Assembly: GCA_028023455.1 (NCBI GenBank)
Contig: JAQFVV010000008.1
Span: 12,400,001-12,464,000, forward strand
Length of the DNA: 64,000 nt
From: Epiperipatus broadwayi
Taxonomy: Eukaryota; Animalia; Onychophora
Direction of reading: 5' to 3'
The position numbers and the translations under genes are program-made. Below are positions 38,461 through 53,300 of this stretch, piece after piece. The notes beneath the pieces were generated by a model. The model was not told the origin of the DNA and ran no database searches. It worked only from the letters and a program-made list of their open reading frames with translations. How positions within the stretch are numbered: position 1 is the stretch's first letter; each line of letters opens with the position of its first letter.

Positions 38461-40249
38461 AAATGGTTATGTGTCTCATGGCATACAACATAGTAATGTG
38501 CGTGCATGTATATGTATATATATATAAAGTTGAAATGAAAAGTAGAAATAAACACAAACAAAAATTTTACTGGAGTAACAGTTAAGAGTTAAATAATAAT
38601 TTTGAATTTAAAAAATTATTATAAAGTATACATTTAAAAAGGTCTATTTAATGTTTTACTCTGATTTTGATAATTAAAACAAGCATATTTTTATGTTACA
38701 ACAGAAATACTCATAATTATAAAACACCACTATCTATTTTAATTAGACTAATAATTTTTTTTAATTAAAGCTTGTATAACATATTTTGATAAAATCCTAT
38801 AAAGTTGTTTTTGAAAGGATTAAGGTGAATTGAAAAAAGTCATTAACTTTTTTCAGTCAAGATAAAGAATTTATTAATTGTGGTTTTGAAATTCCATGCT
38901 ATTCTATAAAAAGGGTTGATTTGAATCATTCACACAAGTTTTACAACAAGATTATTACGAAGTTATAACAAAGCAAAAAACCATGTATTCAGCATATGCT
39001 GCTAATGTCTTGATGGTAGTTTGAATTCACATGAAAGCAAATCCTGGCTGTTTTGTGTTTTATAGTCCATATGTATTTGTATTAGATGGTATGCCTGAAG
39101 TCTACCAAATTATAGTGACTGAATGTCAACAGTTACCAGATTTACACCTTTCCTGAAAATATCAATAAACCAGTCTGTTTTAGAATGGATCAGCTTACCA
39201 AGAGATTGAAAAAAATATCATGCTACAATTTACATGTACATAATTTTATCTCATATGAAAGAAGCAGTTATTATAAATATATATATATTATAGTATGCAT
39301 ACAGGAGATATACTTCATGAACAGATATTAGTTGGAGAGTAGAAAAATAATTTGTTGGAAAAATTTTAAATAATTAACTTCACAAATAAAATCTCTAATT
39401 TACACATTTAAAAGTAAATAAGTTTTGGCTTAAATTATATATCTCAAAACAGAGGATTGATTAATAAAAGATTTATTTTGAAATTAAAAAACAATAACCC
39501 CAGAAATATTTCTTGAAGAAACAAAAGCCTGCATTTTAAAAGAATTTTCCAAATTGGATCTAGCAATTTTTTTGTTAAATAAGAAAAAAAAACTTTTGCT
39601 TACCACTAGAAATACTGTAATGGGTTAATTAATAACTTTAATTTGTAGGAGGATAATAATATACACATAAGTGTGCAGTTTGTTTATTTTGAACATGGAA
39701 TTAATTGTCTCATGAAAATAAAATATGGTTTAATAAGTTTATTATTTTTGACATATGAAATATCCTAGGATATAAAAACCAGTGTGTACACATATATTTT
39801 AAAATTAATCATTTATGTATTATTAAAATGAATTGATTCTTTATGACAATTATATATTACAATGCATCTGTGTACTTAAACAGATGCATATCATGTAGAC
39901 ACTATATGTTAAAATCAATCATGCTTTATAAATTATTAAATTGAATTGTTTTTATGTGTTTATGACAATTGAAAGATGTTAATTTAAAATTATTATATAT
40001 ATATATATTGAGTATTTATGTAAACATTTAGAAATATATGTAAATTACAATGTAATAGTATCTTTTTTATAATATTCTAAACAAAATCAGAATGCTGAAT
40101 TTATATTTATAGTTTACTTAGCAGATCTTAATTTCATTTTATTATTATTGATTTCTAATTAATAAATTTATATATCATCAGTTATTTCAGTGAATTCATT
40201 CAATCATAAAATAGATTTGAAATATAAATTATTATATGTTGGTAATATC

Positions 40250-40620
40250 TCTTGCTTATAGTAACAATTATAGAGCTCTTGATCATTGATCTGGATTTGT
40301 GCATAATGGTCAGTTATATGGGTTGGAGTTTGTTTAGTGTTATGAACATCCAATTGATGATTTCATTACTTCTCTAATGTTGTATGGGACAAACGTATAT
40401 CCTTTAAAGTACAAACAAAATTTTATTTTATTTATTAATTAGAAATTAAGTTTATAATTGGCCAGTACATTAATGGTACTAAGTGGTCAGAGGACATTGA
40501 TGATGATCAGCATGTTTGGTATTCCAGCAATATTTTTTTGTAATTGTGATATTTTGATGGATTAAGTTTGTGCATCCAAATTACTATACACCTGGATCTC
40601 GTTTTATGCAGATTTTTTTA
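40250..40620 (-). mobile_element. Possible Gypsy integrase relic
   Basis: RDPGV**F followed by TT*YH*CTGQL resembles the SDQG..F and TTAYHPQ.NGQ integrase motifs. Very decayed. Confidence 0.35.
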
Positions 40621-40979
40621 ATGCAATTCATGTTTCTTATAAAGAAGTTCATATTTCACTATAATTATTAGATATCAAGAAATTTAAATTATTAATAGCT
40701 TATTTTGACTTGAAATACTTTTTTCAAAAATATAATGTTATATTAGCAGCTAACATGAATATGACCTGAAGCTATTTAGAATCTTACTTATGAGTAAATA
40801 ATAATAATAGATTTATACTTATAAATATAAAAATATTGCAATATATATTAAAAAATTTTAAACTTTTAAAATATATTTTGTTAGATATAACAGAAAAAAA
40901 ATACTCTTAGATTTTTAAAAATAATCAGACATAACGAAGATTTTGATTTTGTAAACTGAAAATAATCGTTCTAAAAAAT

Positions 40980-41490
40980 GATAACATCAAAAATACCCCA
41001 AATCCAAAATTAAACCAGACGAGCATAAAAATAATATTAAAACACAATCTACGGTTTCACTGCTACAAGCAGACTTCTCGAGTGTAAAGAACTACAAAAA
41101 CTACACAATATATACAATATTAAAAACTACCCACAAATCCATTCATTTCCCATCTACCCTTAATATTAAAAGAACTCTTGAATAAGTTAATTGCTTCAGA
41201 ATAATAAATTTTCAATAATAAAGACTCTTTAATTCTTCTTTTGATTTCTTTATTGAAAATTTATTATTCTGAAGTAATTAACTTATTTAATAGTTCTTTT
41301 AATATTAAGGGTGGATGGGAAGTGAATGGATTTGTGGGTAGTTTTTAATATTGTATATATTGTGTAGTTTTTGTAGTTCTTTACACTTGAGAAATCTGCT
41401 TGTAGCAGTGAAACCTTAGGTTGTTTTAATATTATTTTTATGCTGGTCTGGTTTAATTTTGGATTTGGGATAGTTTTGATTTTATATTGA
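40980..41490. repeat. Long near-perfect inverted repeat (about 240-bp arms, about 25-bp spacer)
   Basis: The arms are directly readable as reverse complements with few mismatches, several at CpG sites. Confidence 0.95.
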
Positions 41491-41820
41491 CTAGTTTAGC
41501 TTTATGCTTGTAATGTTTACATTTTAATGAGTTTTTTGCGCTTAAGAGTAAAAATGATAACATATAAATCTTTTTGTTTTGATTGCGATCTCATTTTTTT
41601 AATATAGAAACAAAATGTGAACATTTAAAATTTATTTCATTAGTAAACAAAAATATCTATCAAATGAAGACAAATTTATTATTTTTTGATAAGTAAAAAT
41701 CATTTAATCATAGATTTTAGGTTGATGTGTGAGACAAAAAAAATGCCAGAAAATGCTGAAATCTGAGAGTTTGCTGCAATGAACAACCTCTTAAATTCCA
41801 ATGAGAGCTAAATAGTTGTA

Positions 41821-42162
41821 TAAACAATGAGCATTGCCAATTGCTCAACAAACTTTGTGATAAATGCTTAGCTAGAGAAAGCATTTAAAATATCTGTCAG
41901 GAAACCCGCCAAACCTCTGACCATGGTTTCGTGCTTTGGCACTCCTCAGAGACTCTAGGGTAGCTTCAGACCCTAGATGTAAAAATACCAACCCAAAGCC
42001 AGCATTTATCTAAAAGTTATCTATTGAATGGAAAATCTGAAATTTTCAGAGACCTACATGTTTTCAAACCCAGCTATCCAACTCAAATAACTATATGGGG
42101 CTGAGAGATCTTCAGCCAAACCATATATTAGTAGTTTTAGCATTGGCAATGCTCATTGTTTA
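41821..42162. mobile_element. MITE-like element with a 21-bp perfect inverted repeat, flanked by TA
   Basis: TAAACAATGAGCATTGCCAAT at 41821-41841 and its reverse complement at 42142-42162, with TA on both sides. Confidence 0.65.
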
Positions 42163-43061
42163 TATCTTACAAGCTTAAGAGAATGGGGTCATGTGATCTA
42201 TGACTATTTTTTATTTAACTATTTATAGTCTAAATAGTTGTATGTCTGGATATCGCAAGCTTTATAAACAATTAATAAAATCATTGTTTCAAAGTTTTAT
42301 CACCGATTACATTGTCGACCAAAAACTATTAACGCAGCACAAGACTGACAATAGTGCTACTTGTACTTTCTCTTGTGATGAATCTGATTTCTTATCAGTT
42401 CACAAACAAAACGCATATTGTCAAATAGCGATAATGATTAAAATATGTATGAAAAAATGTAAATTTAAATACTGTAGTTAATAAAAAAAGTTTGTCTTGT
42501 ATCAATTTTTTTCAAATATGTGAACATTTTTTATTAGTCATACTTTATTTCCTTATTTTTTTATGCGAATTTTAAAGTAATTTTCCCTTGTTGCTTAGCT
42601 TTTATGCTATATCTGAAAATTATAGAATGTATCCCACATTTTTCAAGGCAAGTTAAGTCTATTTTTGTGTGATTTTTTTAATGTGGGTTTTCTGCAGAAC
42701 CTATCTACTGCATAAAATGAGACCCAGATGTATACAATCTTTCCTAAGCTTGGCAAGGGCTAAATAATTAGCCTGGTCTATAGTGGGCCATTTTCAAATC
42801 CAGTCACAAGGTTGTCTGTTGATTTTATTTTTTGATCATTCTTGATGATAAATGATTCTTCTTCTTCTTTGTAATGCTGGTGTAACTTGTAATTAGTTCT
42901 TTCATGGCCTCTCATTCCTTCTGATCATTCACTCTCTCATGCTCATTATATTCATTCATTCCTTTTATATTTATTTCTATAATTCAATTCATTAACTGGG
43001 GATGGTGATGTTTTCCATTACCCCCAGATTAACCCTTGAGTTCACCATACTGTTACTATAT

Positions 43062-46000
43062 ATATAATATTATCCACCTACTACTTAAGACAAGTTCTTT
43101 ACTTATGTGGTTCTATAAAGTTCAACAATCTCTGCTAAAACTCTTGCTTTTAAATGCAGGACAGGTCTTGGGGCATCCACAAAATAATAATAAAATTGAG
43201 ATGATCTGCTTACTCCTTAGTTAGCTTGTTTACATTTTAAGAGCCAACATCTGGGAATGACATCCACCAATGATCATCTGCTGCTTCAGGAGCATGGTGA
43301 GAAGTGGTGGTGAGTAAAATAAAAAAAAAGCATACTATTTATTTCTCTCTAGTGTTTATATCTTTTCTTTTGTGTTTTTCTTTTCTTTTTCTGGAGTATC
43401 TACTTTTACAGTGAATCTGGGTATGGTGGGTGTTTTTAATTTGTTAATTAGTTTTTCCTGAACTAATTAAACTCTGTTATCAAGTTTTCCTTTACTTCAG
43501 TTAACATAATAGATTCATTAATGTTTTTAATCTGCTAGAAAATCACAATTTAAATTTAATTAAACACTTTTTTTCCTTTTTATCTCTAGGAATTTGTTTC
43601 TTATATAAGCTAAGTTTATTTCTAAAATAAATTTAATTAATGACAATTCTATCTATAGGAATTTATTTCTTATACAAACTAAATTTATTTTAAAATCAGT
43701 TTAATTCTATCTATTTCCCTCCTCCTCTTATTCCAGAAAAATTGTTTATGCATATTCTTGGAATTTAATTGGCTTCCAAATCTGCTAATGGTGTCAGGGT
43801 GATCTATTTTTTCCCTCAGATTGTACTATGACTAGTTTTGGAGTCAATTCCTTTAGTATCTCAGATTTCAGTTTTTCATTAATTTCAGTTGTGTCTTTTG
43901 TCTTGGACCAATACTTTGTAGGGTATTGAGTCAGCTATCTCTTCTTTTCCTGTTTTACCCTTTGATATTGAAACTGAAAACTGTGTTTTGAACATGATTC
44001 ATGTGTCTTCTGCATTTAGTCCCATTCTGAACCTGGATGATTAGTATTTGTTTGAACAATCTCTCAGTGATTACTCTTTTTAACTATTTCTTCATGATAG
44101 TCTTATCTTTGTCATTTTGTGATTGTTAGACAATATCTGACAGTAACAGTGACAGCTTAATATATAATTTCCTGCCCATTAACAACTCTGCTGAAGATTT
44201 GTCAGTAACTGTCTACAGCATAATAAAGCATGGCATCATATAGCACCTTCTGCATGTTTACATTATTTGTTTTTCTAAGGGCCTTTTTAATTTGTTGAAC
44301 AGCCTTTTCTGCCAGGCCATTCAATTTTCGGTGATAAGTGGATGTTCATATATGTTTTATGCTATTACTGAAACAATAGTTTTCCATTTCTTGCATGGTG
44401 AATCTGGTGCCATTGTTGGACACAAATCAGGTAATCTGTGACATGAAAAACAGCACCTAAGTTTTTAAACTTAGTACCTGTGTCATCCTTCCCTATCCGA
44501 TTGCCCATTTGAATATTCATCTACCAGTATGAGCAGTATTTTTCCATTAATTGATCCCACAAGGTCCATGTGAAGTCTCTATCCAGCCTTTATTGCTATA
44601 GGCCATGGATTATATTCTTTGATTTCATTATTCATTTCTGAATGAGAGGCAGTTCATTTTTCTATATATTGTTCAATAGGTGAAGTTATTTTTGGTTATC
44701 AGACATAGCTGGAGGCTAATGCTTTGGCACACACACACCATTCCAGGATGACCTTTGTAAAATAGCTTTAAAACTTCCTGTCTACTATCTGTTGGTATAA
44801 CTATCTGAATACCTATCACAACACAACCCTTCCAGATAGATAATTTGTTTCAGTTCATCCAGAAACATGGCACAACATATTAAGGTTTCAAAATAGGTCA
44901 ACCATTTTATACTCATCCCAGAAGCAGCTGATAGCCTTCTTTGGATCTAATCCATCTTGTTACTCTTTTACTATTTTCAATTGCAAAACATCTATATAGT
45001 TCCATTTCTGGCTATTTACTGCTTGACTCATCTTTATCTAGGATCTGAGACAATGAATTGGCATGCGAGGTCTCTTTGCCATCCTTATAAGACAAATGAT
45101 AGTCATATGATGATAAAATATCTAATGCATATGTGGATTTAAATGCTCAGGAGCCAACTTATCATGGCCGAGAATTCTGAATAATGGTTTGTGATCTGTT
45201 ATTATTTGAAAAGATCTGACAAAAATATATTGATGAAACTTTTTATCATGTGAATATAATAGCCAAGACCTCTTTATCGATCTGATTATAATTTTTCTCA
45301 ATCTCTGAGAGAGTCTGTGCCATGTAGGCTATGGGGCATTCCAATTGTAACATGACAAAGAAAGACACCCATATCCTATTCTGAGGAATCTATAATATAA
45401 TTATTAAAATGGACTAATAGTTTATCAGATGACAATAGAGCTTTGGTTCAGACAAATGCTTCATCATGGCTTTTTTAACCATTGCCACTTTTGATCCTTT
45501 CTTAATAAGTCACAAGATGGTTTGGTTATTTTTGCTTTGTTTGTTAAAAAGGCTCAAAAATGTATCAGTCCTAACAATGCCTGTAATTCTTTTACATTTG
45601 TGGGTTTGAATGCATTTTTCACAGCTCTTACCTTATCAGGAAATGATTTCTTCGCTTTATCGGAAATTATATGATCTGGAAATACTTATTCCCTTGTATT
45701 CAATATATTTCTTGGGTATTTAATTAGACTACGAATCTATTTAATTTTTTGCATACTCAGAATAGTCTTAGATAAAGCATTTCCACTGAACATGCTGTAA
45801 TAAATGTGGCATCAAAATAGGGTATAACTTCCTCTAGGCCTTGCATCAATGCATTAATTTTTGCTTGGTATATGTTTGGTACTGTTGAGATGCAAATAGT
45901 GGATGGTTATATTTATATAATCCCATCGAGTTGTTAAAATTTCTGCTGATTTATCTGTAACCTGCATCAGGTGAAATGCGGATTCAAATCAAGTTTCACA

Positions 46001-48300
46001 AAATGTGAAGCATTTTGCAGACTGGTTAATACCTCCCTTACATTTAGTACAGGATATACCTCCTTGATTAAATATTTATTTATGGTTATTATAATTGCCA
46101 TATATATTCTAATTTGACTATTAGGCTTCGTTATAACTACCAATGACATCTCACAATCTGATATTTCAGTTAGCAATAACATGCCCTTATTAATCAATGA
46201 TTTGAGTTTTTCCTCCACTTTTCATTATGAGCAGATTTTACAAAGTTTACACATAACTGGGTATGAGTTTTCAAGAAAATCTACGTCTAGTGGGCTTGTT
46301 TCTCATTGCCTGAATTATGCATTAAAAAAGTCAGTATTTCTTTACAATTTCTTGTTCGAGAAGAAAGCTTTTTTACTAAGATGACTTGGATTCCTATTTC
46401 CTGAGAATAATCTTGTGCTTTGATGTTTGTTTTTTCCATCTCAATTTTAACGTAAGCAGCAGATAGTGCCCTCCAATCTGTTTGTGACACTGAGAATATT
46501 CCTGATCCACTGTCTATTTCCATTGTAATTTCTTTTCAGCAAATTTGTAAATTAATCATAAACTGCTTCAGACTTTGACCTTCCATGTTTTTTACAATAT
46601 GAATAAAAATTAGATTTATCTTCCCTATTTTCTTGCAACTGTAATTTATTTTCCCAATCCTTAATTCCCTTAAATGCATATACTAAATGCCCCTTTCTTC
46701 ACATTTATAACGTGTTTCTTTCTGCCACTTGCACTCTTTTGCTACATGGCTAATTTTCCACAGCAAAAGCATCTGATTTTCTTACTCTTTACATGATTCG
46801 ATTTCTGCGGAATCGTAATTTCTTTTATTGACTTGAACACTCTCATATTAATGTTTTCTTCCATTTTAGTTCTAAAGTGTAATCCTGTTCAAGTATTAAT
46901 TCAAAAGCTAGGCTCCTTAATGGCCATTGCATAAAGAAGATTGGTCTCTGTTAGCAATTGCTGCCTGGATCTATCTGATAACATACCCCAGAGTAACTGA
47001 GTCATGAATATTTCCTCAACAAATTTCCTATATCCATAATTTTTTGCTAATTGTCTCAGGACTAAATTATAATCATTTATTTTCCTCCCTTAAACTGTTT
47101 TTTGTTTCTCAAAATTAAGCAAGCTAAATCATGTGATGTGTGAGGACTAAAGTAATCCCTTAATTTTTTTATTATTTCCTCATACATTATAATCTTAGTT
47201 ATTGGTAAATCAAAAAATCTATTTATAACCTTGATTACTATTTTGCCATCAAAATATAATAGTACAGCTATTTTTCATTTATTATCTTCAATTCCATTTA
47301 ATGTGAAAAAATTCTTGCACTATATATAACAGTCACTTTGCTGCATTACTGACATTGAATTCAGCTATGCTAGTTTGACCACTATTTCAAGGGCTGAACT
47401 GTAACAAGTGCTATTTTACTTTTGTAGTTAGGTTTGAGTTTGCTATGTCCTGACTCATATTGCTGGGCATTTAGCAAATTGTAATAATTAACGTAAAAAA
47501 AACCCCAGAACACCTCTGAATTGGACATCTTAGATTTAAGAAAATTTAATACTGTACTACACAGTGATTAATACACATGCAAATAAAAATAAGCTATCCA
47601 TTAATATACATGGATAATCTTGGCTTAATATATATATATATATATTATACACCCACTACTTAAGACAAGTGTCCTTTACTTATGAGAAACTATAATGATC
47701 AATAATTTGGAAAGGTGTACTTTACCTCTACTAAAATTCTTTCTCTTAAACACATGACAAGGCCTTGTGATATTCACAAAATAATAAGGTCGAGATAATC
47801 AGCTTAGTCCTTAGTCAGCCTGTTCACCTATAGGAGTTGAGATCTTGGGAATGATGTCACCAACAAGTGTTGGTGAGTAAAGAAAACCAAAAAAAATCCA
47901 TACTATTCATTTCTCTCTAATGTTTATATCTCCTTTTTTTGTGTGTTTCTTTTTCTGGAGTATCTATTTTTATAGTGAATCTGGGTGGGAGGGGGGTATT
48001 TTTAATTTGTTCGTTTTAATTAGTTCTTCCTGAATTAATTAAACTCTATTATCACATTTTCCTTTAGTTCAATTAACATTATAGATTCATTAGATATTTT
48101 AATCTGCTAGAAAATCACTTAAACTTGTACAGACTAAATTTATTTCCTAATAAATTAACTTTTTTTTTTTTGACTTTTTATCTCTAGAAATATATTTCCT
48201 ATGTAAATTAATTTATTTCTAAAACAGTTTAATTAAAGACAATTCTATCTATAGGAATTTATTTCCTATATAAGATAAATTTATTCTAATAAATTTAACC
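43062..48300 (-). mobile_element. Old, near-complete Gypsy (K02A2.6/Mag-like) element: LTR-gag-pol-LTR
   Basis: Diverged direct repeats of about 640 bp (43070-43710, 47650-48300). Minus-strand PPT AGAGGAGGAGGGAA near 43715-43729. gag is related to 34140-34680. RT (KPNSQIRIY, HFVKLDL), KVRAV..KELQALLG and integrase YHRKLNGLAEKAVQ are present. Confidence 0.85.
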
Positions 48301-49569
48301 AAAACTGAATATTTTCCAAAACTATTATAATTTTTATTTTCTACAAATGATAAGACCCTTGTCTCTACTGTTGTGGGATTATGACGATCAATGCATAACA
48401 AGTTTATCTCAGGTAGCCCCTTTTAAAATGAAATACAAAAATGAACAAATAAATATTTTAAAAGTAATAAAGATAAATTCAGGTTATAAAAAAATCTGTT
48501 TGTAGGTATAATTTTACACACATATATGGTAGGCATAATTTTCTTATTTTAATGTTTATTATCAAAAAAATAAAAAACTATATATTTTATTAGTTTTTTG
48601 TTTATCTATCTAAAAAGTTTTAAAAAGAAAAACTTAAAATTGTTTTTCTTTTATTGTGTAAAAGTATAATGAAAAGGAAATAGAATTGTAAAATGATTTT
48701 TCTTTTAAATTTACATTCAAAAGCTTTTATTTCGTAAAGGAATAGAAAAAATTTTGTATTTTTTTTCTCCTTACAAAGCTATAGATTTCGAAGAAATATA
48801 TATATACTTTTTGTATATTGACTAGGTAATTTATTTGGTTAATTAATGAAAAGATTTTTTTGGAATTTTAATTTTAAAAAATAAGGATAAGAAAAAGCAC
48901 AGGCTGTCAGCAAGATTTTCACTATAAAAGAGATTGTACTAGCATATATTTATTTCAGATTTGTTCTCAGATGGCAGCAGATAGGTATTGCAGATTTATT
49001 CTCAGATAGTAGTGAGAGGGAGAGCAGCATGCTTTATTGTTAAAAAAAAAAAGAATTAATAGAAACTTGGTTCTGAAACTCTGGAAAGCTGATGTAAATT
49101 TCACAATCATAATCATTCTAGAGTGCCATAGATCACTCGCAGGAAAGGGACATTATTGCATGCATTATGAATTCCTATTTTGCAAAAATGTTATTCCCTA
49201 GAATGGTTAAAGATAGTGCAAACCAGTATACCATTGCTCTGCCTTATGAATATCTGCCTAATGAAAAATATTCCTGTGAGGATCAATCTAGGTCCTGATG
49301 CTTTCTGTCTATAGTGTTTACATCTGAAGAGTATGCTGGAAGCCTGAAACAAATGCCTCAATTTTTTTTTTGCTGTTGTAAATAAATAAATAAAGAAAGA
49401 AAGAAAGAAAAAAGAAATAAAGAAAGACAGAAAGAAAAACAGAAAAAAAGAAAGAAAGAAGTATATTACCAAAATAAATATTGTCTTATTAGAATTACTT
49501 AAGAAAACTTAGCTCCAGATATTTCTTTATTTTATTCAATCAAAATGTTATAATGGAGAAAATCACAGA

Positions 49570-49680
49570 TATTGATTTAGAATGTGCTCATGGCCATTTT
49601 GAAATCTAAAGACTGCCCAAAACCACTGCTGACACATCCAAGCAATAAATAACATCTAATAATCCACACGTGGTCACAAA
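49570..49680 (-). repeat. Partial copy of the MITE at 60468-60626
   Basis: aaaaccactgctgacacatccaagcaataaat and ccattttgaaatctaa match the 60.5-kb element in reverse. Confidence 0.65.
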
Positions 49681-49790
49681 TTCTATTACAACATAGGCCT
49701 ATAATTACATGTTTCATTGAATACACATAGAAACAACTGAGGAAGCATATTCTACAAATAGGAATAAATCACATTTTATCTTAACATTAT

Positions 49791-50330
49791 TCAAAAGAAT
49801 AATTGTCTAAAGTAAAAAATATTAATTTTACAATTAATAAAAAATTAATAAATCAGATTGTTTTCATACCAAAGGCAGCAATGCTGTGAGTTTAATTTCT
49901 CATGTGTGATTATTTGCTGGCAGATGAATAAAAAGAATGTAAATGAGAGATTTATTCATTAAATCTGTCAAAGATTACCTAATGATAGTAAAAAGATTAG
50001 TGTTTATCTTATTTAAAATCCAATGCCTATTTTACATTTGAAATAATCAACAAATTTCTATTAAAATTAATTTGATTATTTCAAATGTAAAACAGGTATT
50101 ATAAATACTACTAACCTTTTCATTGTTGGTAAATAGTGTTATTATCTTTAAGAAATTTAATGAATAAATTTCTCTCACTTAGATTCTTTTTATCCATCTG
50201 CCAGCTAATAGTAACATGAGAAATTAAGCACACAACATTACTTGCTGTTGGTAAGAAAAAAATCTGGTTTATTAATTTTTTATTAATTGTAAAATTAAAA
50301 TATTCTTTACTTCAGATAAGTATTCTTTCA
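49791..50330. repeat. Diverged long inverted repeat (about 260-bp arms, about 20-bp spacer)
   Basis: Examples: gaaataatcaa / ttgattatttc at the centre, gctggcagatg / catctgccagc, and ttttacaattaataaaaaattaataaa / its reverse complement. Confidence 0.8.
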
Positions 50331-50337
50331 TATATAT

Positions 50338-53300
50338 TGTGCCATTACAATTTAGTCACTAGCTAAATTTATAGTAATGTGCATGTAGAAAAGGTAAACC
50401 AAAAATCATCATCACAATTTTATATAATCATAAATGAAGCTGTAGGGCATCCAAGTTTAAACCCTACAAGGTCCAGTTCTAAAAGCTTTAAACAGAGAAA
50501 GAATGGGTCAACAATTACATGCTTTATTTGTTTGTGTGTTGATAGAAAGGTAATACACACATTTAAACTATTTAATATTTAATTTTTCTTTAAAAAGCAA
50601 AGCTATAACGCATACATATAGGCAATGTATGTGTAAATTATTTAATTGTTTTATATTTCAAATATTAAACATTTTAACTTTCTTTAAAACTAACTTATGC
50701 TTGATCAATTCTAATATTTTATTCTATACTTTTATTTTGCTTTTCTTTAATTATAATTGGGATTTACAAGTTACAGATTTAATTAAATAATTGGGTTATA
50801 ATTACTAAGCTAGCAATTATAGTATTTAAGGTTAGTTTATGAATGATTTGAAAGAATGAAGGATGTGTGTACATTACATACAAAATTTTACATTTCCTAA
50901 ATATTGAAAGAAAAGGAAGTATTAAATCTGTTAAATTATTTTTTTGTACAATTGTTTGTTAAAAGAGGAAATCTGTTTAATCAGATATCAATCTTTGTAG
51001 CAATTTTTTTTTTGTAAATAATTGTTTTTCACTTTGGAAGCTTATAATGGGTCAGAACTATAATTTTTGAAATTGTCTTATCAAGATCTAAAGAAGGAAG
51101 CTCAAAGATTTGAAGTGTTACCTGGATGTTAAAAAGAAAAAAAAAAACAAAAGAAAGGAAATAAGAATTGAGTCTATTTTTTTTTTAAAACAAAAGTGTC
51201 TGGAAAAAAGGATTAAACTTTTCAGTTAAAAAATACTTTGGTTGAAAATAAATTAGAGATCTAATTAAAACAAATTTGTCCAAAAATAGCAAGTGATGCT
51301 ATCTCTGATTGGTTAAGGTAGCTAAAAATTGGATATAAAAAGCTGTCTTGAATTATTATTAAGATTATTATTGTGATTGATTCAGATTATTAAACTATCA
51401 AATTTGAATGTTGAAAATATAAGAAATGGCGGGCTAGAAAAATTATATGTATATTCCATTTGCCGGACCATCTGGGGGAAGCTGCACATCACATAGGAAA
51501 GAAAAGATGTGTCTAAAATAATATTCTACACCTTTCAACTGACCAGATAAATAAGATGTTTTTAATAGAAGGAAGAAAGCATTCACCTGCATTCAAAGAA
51601 GATGAATTAATCTACTGATAAATATTAATCATCAAGTCCAATTAATTGTTCCAACAACTGATTTTAAACTCAAGAAAATTTATAAATGTGAAAACAACTG
51701 CTGTATTTCATCCACATGCTTGACAGGAAGAGAAGAAAAATTAATATAATGATTTCCAAATTGTCCACTAAAGCAAATAACCTCAATAGAGTCATCATCA
51801 TTAAATAGTTATACACCTCAAGAAAGAGATTGTTCCCACATAGTAGCTGCAGAAATATAGACAAGTTTGAACCCTTGGAAATTCGCCACAAACAAAAGAT
51901 CGGTAATATGACTTTTTATATCTATTTTCTTTATGATATCAGTCTTAAGAAACATTTTAGCGATAAAGTGGTATATTTTATTTAAAGAACTTTTAAAGAC
52001 TATTCAGATCGATTAAAACAAGAATGTCTTACTAATAATAACTTTGAGCTTCATAAATGACCTTGAAAGTATGAAAATTATTTGTTTATTAATTTTACAA
52101 TATTAATGTGTAAAACAATTTTTTTTTTATGGTGTTATGATTTTAGTTTTAACTGATATAATATTATTATTTTGGTTTTTAATAATATGTTGTTATTATG
52201 GGATAAAACACGCACATACATAATAATATTTTTATATGTGTATAATTGGGAGTGAATGTGAAATAATGAGTAGTATTAGAATATTAGATTATTTTGTTTC
52301 AAGTTCAGTATAGATTTCAGCGCTTGGAAGGGGGGGGAGAAAATAATTTAAAACTTGTTTCTAAAACTTGCTCTTTCAATTTTACTAACATTTTTTTTTA
52401 TTCTATTTACATGTTGGATTTTTAAAGTATGTGTGCTAATGAGCAGATAATATATTTTTTTTTTAATACTTTTCTCATGGAGTGAAAATCAGGGTCAATG
52501 TGACGTCCAACTTAATACAAAATACATTTGAAGGGAAAGGGGGAAGAACTTAAAATTAATCTGAGGATTGTTATATAATCAATTATTATTATTATTCATG
52601 TCAAATTTCATATTTATCTAGAAATTTTTATGTATATGTTAGAAATGTAGTAATAAATATTAGTTTGTTTTATTAAACGAGGCGTATATATTTCATTAAG
52701 TGTAGTCTTGGTTAAGTGTGATTATTCATCATCATCAATGGTTGAATATTAGTTATTTAAGATATAAGTAAATATGCTAAAATTAAGCAATAATTATGAA
52801 TTACTTTATAAAAATTTAGTTTTATGTTTAGGCTTAGTCCTAGAGCTGTAATTGAAACCCTTGTCATTATTGTTATTATTATCATCATCATTATCAACGT
52901 TTTAATTAATGAGCTGTTTAACTGTTTAAAGGCCATAAATAAATATTGATTTTATAATATTTAGTGATCTCTTAGTATTATTATAACCACATCCCATCAT
53001 CTATTTCATGCAAGGATGAGTGAATTGCCATCCTAAATTAGTTATATATATATAATCTGAGCTAGTGAACTTATAAAAATATTGAAACACATTTGTTATG
53101 TTAAGATCTGAGAAATGATTTATGTTCAATGAACTCCACTGTGGTTTAAAGATGTTTTACTTTTACCTAACTATTAGTGCTTCTAGTGATATGGCTCAAA
53201 AAGCAAAATCTCTCATTTTTTATTAGAAATAAAGTACCAAAAAGGGATTCAAACCCGGTACATGTAAAAGGTTATTAGATATAACCGTGTCTAGATTCAG

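Noticed and set aside
40250-40620. Missing upstream CNNM CBS exon or a mitochondrial insertion
   Set aside because: No frame gives CNNM or mitochondrial motifs, and there are stops in all frames. An integrase relic fits better.
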